From Breznakia sp. PF5-3 (GTDB lineage Bacteria > Bacillota_I > Bacilli_A > Erysipelotrichales > Erysipelotrichaceae), in NCBI RefSeq assembly GCF_029504745.1, contig NZ_JAQFIQ010000009.1, positions 30,001 to 62,000 on the forward strand: DNA of 32,000 bases, in the 5' to 3' direction. The notes under the pieces were generated by a model, which was given only the letters and a program-made list of their open reading frames with translations, did no database searches and was not told where the DNA came from. Both the position numbers and the translations under genes were made by a program. This document shows, in pieces, positions 25,011-32,000 of the stretch. Every line of letters starts with the position of its first letter. The stretch's first letter is position 1.

Positions 25011-26750
25011 TTGGCTAGGATACCAGAAAACGTTATCAATGATATCCGTAATCGGGTTGATATTGTAGATATTATTTCACAATATATCCCGTTGACAAAA
25101 AAAGGAAAAAACTTTGTAGGGGTTTGTCCTTTTCATGATGACCATAATCCTTCGATGAGTGTTTCATCTGATAAGCAAATTTTTCATTGCTTTGTATGTG
25201 GTGCAGGTGGAAATGCCTTTACCTTTACTCAAAAATATGAAAATATTAGTTTTATCGAAGCTGTAAAAAGAGTTGCCGATCTTGGGAATATCCCTGTAGA
25301 TATCGATATTAGCAAGGTTCAGCAACCAATAAATCAAAAATATCAACCGCTTTACAATGTTTTACAAGATACAATAGAGTTTTGTTCCTATGAATTACGC
25401 AGTGTGGATGGTAAAGCGTTTTATGAATATATTGCAAAGCGTGGTATTCATGATGATATTATTAAGAAATTTGCAATTGGATATAATCCTAGTGGTAATA
25501 AATTATATGACTTTTTAAAGGCTAAAAAGCATAAGGATGAGGATATTGTAGAAACAAATGTTGTTCGTATATCACCACAGGGGATGCAAGATGTTTTTTA
25601 TAATCGTTTGATGATACCAATTCATGACAATTATGGAAATCCGGTAGGGTTTACTGCTAGAGTTATTGATGGGTCATCTGATGCAAAATATATTAACACC
25701 GCAGAAACTTTACTTTACCATAAAGGTAATTTACTTTTTAATTATCATCGTGCTAAGGATGAAGCAAAGCGTTCTGGTAATGTATTAGTAGTGGAAGGGG
25801 CAATGGATGTCTTAGCTTTTGAAAAAGTTGATATAGCAAATTGTGTAGCAACTTTAGGAACAGCAGCAACCATGGAGCAGATAAAACTTTTAAAATCGTT
25901 AAATGCTAAAGTCTTGTTATTTTACGATGGTGATAATGCAGGACAAGAAGCGACTTATAAGTTTTGTAAATTAGCTCTATCCAAAGGTTTGCATATAGAG
26001 ATTATAAAAAATGATCACGGACTAGATCCAGATGAAATCATTGAAAAATTTGGAAAAAATGAATTAATAGAAGTTAGTAAAAAGACGATTTCATGGATAG
26101 AATTCCTTTTTGAGTTTTTACGAAAAAAATACAATTTGGATAACTATACAGAAAAGAAAGAATATGCGAAAATAATCGGTGATGAGATAAGTCGTTTGGA
26201 CGATCAATTCGAGAAAGACAATTACTACCAACGGTTAGCACAGATTAGTGGATTTGACTTGAGTAACGAACAAAATGTTCACCCCATGAAAAAAGAACGA
26301 CTCATAAAGTCAGAAGCGAAACTTGTAAAACCAAAGGCCGGCATTAAGAATGCACAGATTCAAATTTTATCCTTAATGCTTATTTCAAAACAGGCAAATG
26401 AACTATTTAGACATGAATTAGGTTTTTTGCCAGAACCGGATTATAATAATTTAGCAATTAATATTATCAATTTCTATCGAAATCATGATACAATAATAAT
26501 TGCAGATTTATTGAATTATATTAATGAAGAAGACGTAAAGAAAGTACTTTTAGAGATAACGAATTGGGAATTAGCGCCGAGTGAATTTCATGAAGAAGTA
26601 ATGAGGGAAGCAATTTCGAAAATAAAAAATGGATTAATTTCTGAAAAAATCAATACACTTCTTGAACAGTCAAACCAAATGAGTGATCCGATTCAAAAGG
26701 CTAGGATTGCTGATGAGGTAATAAAGTTGCGAAGACAAAGGGGAGATTGA
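25011..26750 (+). CDS. dnaG: DNA primase
   Basis: TTG start with GAGGTGA 7 nt upstream. Zinc finger [14 protein letters not shown]...[17 protein letters not shown] motifs VVEGAMDV and FYDGDNAG. Confidence 0.95.
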   Translation: MARIPENVINDIRNRVDIVDIISQYIPLTKKGKNFVGVCPFHDDHNPSMSVSSDKQIFHCFVCGAGGNAFTFTQKYENISFIEAVKRVADLGNIPVDIDISKVQQPINQKYQPLYNVLQDTIEFCSYELRSVDGKAFYEYIAKRGIHDDIIKKFAIGYNPSGNKLYDFLKAKKHKDEDIVETNVVRISPQGMQDVFYNRLMIPIHDNYGNPVGFTARVIDGSSDAKYINTAETLLYHKGNLLFNYHRAKDEAKRSGNVLVVEGAMDVLAFEKVDIANCVATLGTAATMEQIKLLKSLNAKVLLFYDGDNAGQEATYKFCKLALSKGLHIEIIKNDHGLDPDEIIEKFGKNELIEVSKKTISWIEFLFEFLRKKYNLDNYTEKKEYAKIIGDEISRLDDQFEKDNYYQRLAQISGFDLSNEQNVHPMKKERLIKSEAKLVKPKAGIKNAQIQILSLMLISKQANELFRHELGFLPEPDYNNLAINIINFYRNHDTIIIADLLNYINEEDVKKVLLEITNWELAPSEFHEEVMREAISKIKNGLISEKINTLLEQSNQMSDPIQKARIADEVIKLRRQRGD

Positions 26751-26751
26751 T

Positions 26752-27966
26752 ATGGCAAAAGCAAAAGCAAAAGCAAAAAAGATTTCAAAAGAATTGAAAA
26801 CATTAGACCAAGTGAAAGAAGGGCTATTAGAAGAATTTCAAAAAGAGGGCAGTATTCAACAAACATTAGTAGATAAGTCAATTGAACATTTAGATTTGTC
26901 AGATGAGGACACTGAAAATCTTTTCGATTGGTTTAATGACAATGGTATTATCGTAGAAGATGAAGATGATGACATCGATATTGATGAAAAAATTGTAAAA
27001 GAAGGTAAAGAAATTGTTGACATTGAAGATGTTGACGATGTAGAAGATATTGAAGAAGATGAAGATACCAAAAAAGAATTGACTGATTTGGAGTCTTTGG
27101 AGCAATCATTTGCGTCTTCTTCACAAAACAAAGTAAACGATCCAGTGAAGATGTATTTAAAAGAAATTGGGCGTGTAGAATTGTTGGATCCTAAAGAAGA
27201 ACCAGAAATAGCGAAACGAATTCAAGAAGGTGATGAAGAAGCTAAGAAAAAGCTTATTGCAGCGAACTTGCGTTTGGTTGTTTCAATCGCTAAAAAATAT
27301 GTTGGTCGAGGCATGTTGTTTTTGGATTTGATTCAAGAAGGAAATATGGGGTTAGCAAAAGCGGTTGAAAAATTTGATTATACCAAAGGGTTCAAATTTT
27401 CTACCTATGCGACATGGTGGATTCGTCAAGCAATCACAAGAGCGATTGCAGACCAAGCACGAACAATTCGTATTCCGGTTCACATGGTTGAGACTATTAA
27501 TAAGTTAACAAGAATTCAAAGACAATTGGTACAAGATTTGGGTAGAGATCCAACAGCTGAAGAAATTGCAGCCAAAATGGATGGTATCACTCCAGAAAAA
27601 GTACGTGATATTCAAAAAATTGCTTTGGAACCAGTTTCTTTAGAAACGCCAATTGGTGAAGAGGATGATTCTCATTTAGGTGACTTTATTGAAGATAAAG
27701 ATGCATTATCACCAGATGAATATGCAAACAATCAATTGCTTAAAGATGAAATCAATATGGTTCTTCAAGGATTGACAGAACGTGAAGAAAAAGTATTGCG
27801 TCTTCGCTTTGGTTTATATGATGGAAGAACTCGTACGTTAGAGGAAGTTGGTAAAGAATTTAATGTTACGCGTGAGCGTATTCGTCAGATTGAGGCAAAA
27901 GCTTTACGTAAATTAAAGCATCCGACAAGATCTAAACGGTTGAAAGATTTTATGGATAAGCAATAA
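26752..27966 (+). CDS. sigA: RNA polymerase primary sigma factor
   Basis: Acidic region 1, region 2 ([27 protein letters not shown]) and region 4 ([27 protein letters not shown]). Canonical position after dnaG. Confidence 0.97.
   Translation: MAKAKAKAKKISKELKTLDQVKEGLLEEFQKEGSIQQTLVDKSIEHLDLSDEDTENLFDWFNDNGIIVEDEDDDIDIDEKIVKEGKEIVDIEDVDDVEDIEEDEDTKKELTDLESLEQSFASSSQNKVNDPVKMYLKEIGRVELLDPKEEPEIAKRIQEGDEEAKKKLIAANLRLVVSIAKKYVGRGMLFLDLIQEGNMGLAKAVEKFDYTKGFKFSTYATWWIRQAITRAIADQARTIRIPVHMVETINKLTRIQRQLVQDLGRDPTAEEIAAKMDGITPEKVRDIQKIALEPVSLETPIGEEDDSHLGDFIEDKDALSPDEYANNQLLKDEINMVLQGLTEREEKVLRLRFGLYDGRTRTLEEVGKEFNVTRERIRQIEAKALRKLKHPTRSKRLKDFMDKQ
26755..26778 (+). repeat. Perfect (GCAAAA)x4 hexanucleotide repeat encoding (AK)4 at codons 2-9 of sigA
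   Basis: Read directly: ATG GCAAAA GCAAAA GCAAAA GCAAAA AAG. Confidence 0.9.
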
Positions 27967-27970
27967 GTTT

Positions 27971-28630
27971 ATGAAACTGAGTAAACGACTACAAGCAATT
28001 TATGATTTGGTAGATGAAAAGGCAATCGTTGGGGACATTGGTTGCGATCATGCATTGTTATCTTGCGCATTAGTCTTGAATGAAAAAGCGAGTAAAGTAT
28101 ATGCTTGTGATATTAACGAAGAACCATTACAACAAGCAAGAAAATCAATACAATATTATAAACTAGAAGATCAAATAGAAATAATACAATGTGATGGATT
28201 GGATATGCTTCCTTCAGATGTGGACACAATCGTGATTGCTGGAATGGGTTATGAAACAATAAAAAGCATTTTAGATAAGCATCCTGAGAAATTAAAAGGA
28301 TGTAACAAGATTATCATTCAATCAAATCGTGATGTAGAAAAAATAAGAAAATATGTTAGCGATCATCATTATCATATACAGAGTGAACAATGTGTTTTTG
28401 ATCTTCATTATTATCAGATTATTGTTTTTGATTGTTCTAATGATAGTGAATTGAATAAAAAAGAGCTTTTGTTTGGTCGAAGAATGATAAAAGATAATGT
28501 TTTTCTTCAGATGTGGTTTTCTAACTTAAAAAAATATGAATCAATCTTAGGAAAACTATCAGAAAAGAATGAAAAATATCAAATAATATATGACATAATT
28601 AATCAAATTAAAGAGGAAATAGAAGTTTAG
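27971..28630 (+). CDS. trmK: tRNA (adenine22-N1)-methyltransferase TrmK (YqfN family)
   Basis: MKLSKRLQAIYDLV......VGDIGCDHALL, then IAGMGYETI. Position downstream of sigA, as in Bacillus. Confidence 0.8.
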   Translation: MKLSKRLQAIYDLVDEKAIVGDIGCDHALLSCALVLNEKASKVYACDINEEPLQQARKSIQYYKLEDQIEIIQCDGLDMLPSDVDTIVIAGMGYETIKSILDKHPEKLKGCNKIIIQSNRDVEKIRKYVSDHHYHIQSEQCVFDLHYYQIIVFDCSNDSELNKKELLFGRRMIKDNVFLQMWFSNLKKYESILGKLSEKNEKYQIIYDIINQIKEEIEV

Positions 28631-28652
28631 TGCTTTCTATTTTTTCTTTTTT
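28617..28652 (+). terminator. Imperfect rho-independent terminator after trmK
   Basis: AAATAGAAG (28617-28625) pairs with CTTTCTATTT (28633-28642) with one bulge, followed by TTTCTTTTTT. Confidence 0.55.
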
Positions 28653-28690
28653 GGAGTAAAATTATAAACGAACAAGAAAGAAGGAAATGA

Positions 28691-29659
28691 ATGGGTAATG
28701 ATAAATATATTATATCTTTAGAAGATATTTCTTATGAAGAATTGGGAAAATTATTTGGACCAAATGAAAAATACTTAGATGTTATTCGTGAACACTATAA
28801 AGTAGATATTACATTTCGTGATTCTATGTTAACGGTATTAAGTGATGATAGTATAAAGAGTAAAAGAATAGAAGCAGTGGTGAAATACATGCTTGAAGCC
28901 GAAAGGACAGGTATTAACGTTCAAGAACGGGAAGTTATGTATGCATGCACCCTAGCGGATAAAAACTGCTTAGATCGCCTTGCGAGGCTTCATAAGGAAG
29001 TCATTAATAAGACTTCAAGTGGTAAATTCATTTACCCTAAAACATTGGGACAGTCGTATTTGTATAAATGTATGCGAGAAAAAGATATTGTGTTTGCTAG
29101 CGGAGTGGCTGGAACAGGAAAAACTTACTTGGCTGTTATGTATGCAATATCATTATTGAAAAAGAATGAGGTTGAAAAAATCATTCTTACAAGACCTGCT
29201 GTAGAGGCTGGTGAAAATTTAGGTTTTTTACCAGGAGACTTAAAAGAAAAAGTGGATCCATATCTTACACCTTTATATGATGCTTTACATGACGCATTAG
29301 GTGTTGAAACGGTTGAAAAATTATTAGAAAAAGAAGTGATAGAAATCGCACCACTAGCATATATGAGAGGACGCACACTGAATAATGCTTTTATCATATT
29401 GGATGAAGCGCAAAACTCTACACGTTCACAAATGAAAATGTTTTTAACTCGCATGGGGTTTCATTCAAAGGTTGTTGTAACAGGAGATATTACACAAATT
29501 GATTTAATTAAGAAAAAAGATTCAGGTCTTTTAAGTGCTAAACAAATTTTGCATTCTATTGAGGATATTGCATTTGTAGAATTGACAAGTGCAGATGTGG
29601 TACGAAATCCACTTGTTCAAAAAATAATTGATTGTTATGAAAATTTCGAGAGTGAATAG
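28691..29659 (+). CDS. phoH: PhoH-like ATPase (PhoH/YbeZ family)
   Basis: Walker A GVAGTGKTYLAV, plus LTRPAVEAGENLGFLPGDL, AYMRGRTL, ILDEAQN and VVTGDITQIDL. Confidence 0.9.
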   Translation: MGNDKYIISLEDISYEELGKLFGPNEKYLDVIREHYKVDITFRDSMLTVLSDDSIKSKRIEAVVKYMLEAERTGINVQEREVMYACTLADKNCLDRLARLHKEVINKTSSGKFIYPKTLGQSYLYKCMREKDIVFASGVAGTGKTYLAVMYAISLLKKNEVEKIILTRPAVEAGENLGFLPGDLKEKVDPYLTPLYDALHDALGVETVEKLLEKEVIEIAPLAYMRGRTLNNAFIILDEAQNSTRSQMKMFLTRMGFHSKVVVTGDITQIDLIKKKDSGLLSAKQILHSIEDIAFVELTSADVVRNPLVQKIIDCYENFESE

Positions 29660-29712
29660 GATTAAATTTAAGGAATAATTAAAAATAAGTATAATATGAG
29701 ATTGGTGATAAT

Positions 29713-30180
29713 TTGAAAACATTACTTCTCATTGTTGTACTTATTTTTATATTTTTTAATCAAAATTCTTATGTTGATATAAAAGACTATCGTAGTCAAT
29801 ACATACATGTGGAAATAAAAGGTGAAGTAAAGAATCCAGGTGTATATAAAATGAAGTATAACGCCAAAATTGAAGATGTTCTAAATAAGAGTGGTGGTTT
29901 TACTGCAAGTGCAGATAGTACAGGTATCAATCAAACGAAAACACTTAAAAATGAAGATGTGATAGTAATTGGTAAGAAAACAGATATAGAAAAAGTTTCT
30001 ATAAACAGTGGAACATTAGAGACGCTTTCCACACTTCCAGGAATTGGACAAGCAACGGCACAAAAAATAATTGATTATCGAGAATCATATGGAAGTTTCC
30101 AAACTCTGGAAGATATTCAAAAAGTAAAAGGCATTAAAGAAAAATTATTTGAAAAGATAAAGGATCATATAACTTTATAA
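29713..30180 (+). CDS. comEA: Competence protein ComEA (DNA receptor: membrane anchor, SLBB and HhH domains)
   Basis: TTG start. N-terminal transmembrane helix. V.I.GEVKNPGVY SLBB motif. C-terminal LPGIGQATAQKIIDYRE..G.F...EDI..VKGIKEKLFEKIK helix-hairpin-helix. Confidence 0.85.
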   Translation: MKTLLLIVVLIFIFFNQNSYVDIKDYRSQYIHVEIKGEVKNPGVYKMKYNAKIEDVLNKSGGFTASADSTGINQTKTLKNEDVIVIGKKTDIEKVSINSGTLETLSTLPGIGQATAQKIIDYRESYGSFQTLEDIQKVKGIKEKLFEKIKDHITL

Positions 30181-32000
30181 TGAAGCAATACTATTTGTTG
30201 GTGTCATTTGTATGTGTCATACTTTCAATGTCCTCTAATTTTTATATAAATTGCTTATATATATTTCTGTTTCTGATTTTTTGGATTATCAAAATAAGAG
30301 TACAATGGTATTTTGTAATGCTGTTACTGATTGTATATAATTTTAATTTTTTAAAAAAAGAAATCAAACAACCAAAAGAATACATATTAAGAGTGCTTGA
30401 AGTTCGAGAAAATTATGTAATAGCTACAACAGGAGAAGAAAATATATATGTTTACAATATTGGGAATATTTCGATAAATGATATTGTAGAAGTAAAGGGC
30501 AATTATGAGCGGATTAGTAGTTTTAAAAACTTACATACCTTTGATTTTTCTCTGTATGCTTATCGTAATCAGGCAAATTTTCAAATATATACTTCAGATT
30601 TTGAGATAAAGGCAAAAAGTAAAAGTATGCAAGCAACTTTATATAACCATATTCAAAATCTAGAAAATGAAGCTTTAAAAGAATATTATGACGCGATTTT
30701 TTATAATAAAAAATCACAAGATGATGGAAATGACTTTTTTTATCTTGGAGGATTTCATTTACAATTTTTTATTTATTTGCTTTCCAAAGTGAAAAAACTA
30801 AATAAAGCATTGCTTGAAATTATTTTTAGTTTTCTATATGTTTTGTTTTTTCCAATGCGGTTTTTCGTCTTGTATTTTTTTATAAAGGGATGTATTTCAT
30901 TTTTGTGTAAACATTTGAATGATAAAAATCAAGTTGGAGCAATCACAATGCTTTTGCTATTTTATAATCCTATGCTTATTTATCATATAGGATTTATCAT
31001 TTTAATGTGTTTTTCTTATCTTCGTTTATTTAATGTTACAAAAAGAATGCGTAGATTACTGCACTTTTTTATTTTACTTCCGATTCAACTATACAACTTC
31101 CACTATGTAAATCTACTTACAATTCTTTTGTTTCGACCATTTCAATGGATACAATCATGGATTTTGATGTTATCCATGATAAGTTTATTCTTTCCATCAT
31201 TGGGCATTATTTTTGATTTTCTATATCATCAGGTAGGGGGAATTGGTAGTGAAATCCCTGAAACTTTCACATTGATAGGAAAACCTCATTTGTGGTGGAT
31301 ACTATTATGGGGTATTTTAATTTATCAAATTATATCTACTAACAAGCGAACACCGATTCTGTTTCTAGGCATTTTATTAATTTACCATCTACATATGGAT
31401 CGTCTTAATTTATTTGGTGAAGTGATGTTTATAGATGTTGGACAAGGAGATTGTATTTTGATTCATGAACCATTATTTGGAAAAACTATTTTGATTGATG
31501 TAGCAGGATCTTTAAAATATGATCTTGCAAGCGAGGTTATTTTTCCTGTTTTAAGATCAAAAGGAATTCGTCATATAGATGCGGTTGTCATTACACATGA
31601 TGATTATGATCATAATGGGGGATTAAAAAAACTTTCTCAATTGGTGGATATAGATGAAACTTTTAATAGTGTAGAGGAATTAGAGTTATCGAATATTACA
31701 TTATTCAATTTAAACCATAGTGAATATGATGATAAGAATGATAATAGTATTGTATTATTTGGCTCAATCTATGGAGTAAACTATTTGTTTACTGGTGATG
31801 CTGGATATCAAGTTGAAGAAGAAATTGTGAATATGTATAGTGAATTGAAAGTTGATATTTTAAAAGTTTCTCATCATGGGGCTGATACAGCAACTTCAGC
31901 ATCTTTTCTTCAAAAAATAAATCCACAAATAGGTATTATTTCAAGTGGTAAAAACAACGCATATGGACATCCTGATAAAGCTTTGTTAGAACGATTGGAA
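30180..32000 (+). CDS. comEC: Competence protein ComEC/Rec2 (DNA internalisation channel), 3'-truncated by the window edge
   Basis: Not in the ORF track. I translated the frame from ATG 30180 (TAATG overlap with the comEA stop) and it is open through 32000 (607 codons). I checked codons one by one to about 31440 and read the remainder less strictly. It has a hydrophobic competence domain and a C-terminal metallo-beta-lactamase domain (FIDVGQGDCILI, ITHDDYDHNGG, SHHGADT). Confidence 0.85.
   Translation, partial: MKQYYLLVSFVCVILSMSSNFYINCLYIFLFLIFWIIKIRVQWYFVMLLLIVYNFNFLKKEIKQPKEYILRVLEVRENYVIATTGEENIYVYNIGNISINDIVEVKGNYERISSFKNLHTFDFSLYAYRNQANFQIYTSDFEIKAKSKSMQATLYNHIQNLENEALKEYYDAIFYNKKSQDDGNDFFYLGGFHLQFFIYLLSKVKKLNKALLEIIFSFLYVLFFPMRFFVLYFFIKGCISFLCKHLNDKNQVGAITMLLLFYNPMLIYHIGFIILMCFSYLRLFNVTKRMRRLLHFFILLPIQLYNFHYVNLLTILLFRPFQWIQSWILMLSMISLFFPSLGIIFDFLYHQVGGIGSEIPETFTLIGKPHLWWILLWGILIYQIISTNKRTPILFLGILLIYHLHMDRLNLFGEVMFIDVGQGDCILIHEPLFGKTILIDVAGSLKYDLASEVIFPVLRSKGIRHIDAVVITHDDYDHNGGLKKLSQLVDIDETFNSVEELELSNITLFNLNHSEYDDKNDNSIVLFGSIYGVNYLFTGDAGYQVEEEIVNMYSELKVDILKVSHHGADTATSASFLQKINPQIGIISSGKNNAYGHPDKALLERLE

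Noticed and set aside
29660-29712. Possible ComX/cin-box (TACGAATA) upstream of comEA.
   Set aside because: The best match, AAGGAATA, is only 6/8 and is not positioned as a -10 element. A plain TATAAT (29688-29693) is the more likely promoter signal.
1-32000. Searched for CRISPR arrays, IS or transposon ends, integrases, phage genes, toxin-antitoxin pairs, defence-system hallmarks and tRNA or rRNA genes.
   Set aside because: I saw none. There are no regularly spaced direct repeats, no transposase- or recombinase-like ORFs and no long terminal inverted repeats. Nearly every ORF of 100 aa or more has a housekeeping or conserved-family assignment.

Overview
AT-rich window (GC not computed) from the core chromosome of a low-GC Gram-positive bacterium (Bacillota). 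The gene content has an Erysipelotrichia- or Clostridia-like flavour, but that is inference only. Stop codons fit the standard bacterial code. I found no rRNA, tRNA, CRISPR array, transposase, integrase, phage gene or recognisable defence gene. Almost every gene is housekeeping. In order: hemolysin-III family protein (-); a tightly overlapping smc-ftsY-ylxM-ackA-DHH phosphoesterase block; a 397-bp ORF-free gap; a sortase-type anchored multidomain metallophosphoesterase followed by a YibE/F membrane protein; a Nim-like PNPOx-fold protein (-); dnaE; a MarR / DUF1538 membrane protein / fused double P-II-like operon; rplU-prp-rpmA; obg; a GNAT acetyltransferase (-); ybeY-dgkA-(45-aa ORF)-era-recO; glyQS-dnaG-sigA-trmK; and phoH-comEA-comEC. 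comEC runs off the 3' end and is missing from the ORF track. The most plausible poorly described system is the MarR-controlled DUF1538 plus tandem P-II-like module (15143-17931). Next come the orphan promoter/palindrome/terminator unit with repeated DnaA-box-like 10-mers in the 7304-7700 gap, and the surface phosphoesterase/YibE-F pair. All family assignments come from reading motifs in the translations. No database search was run.
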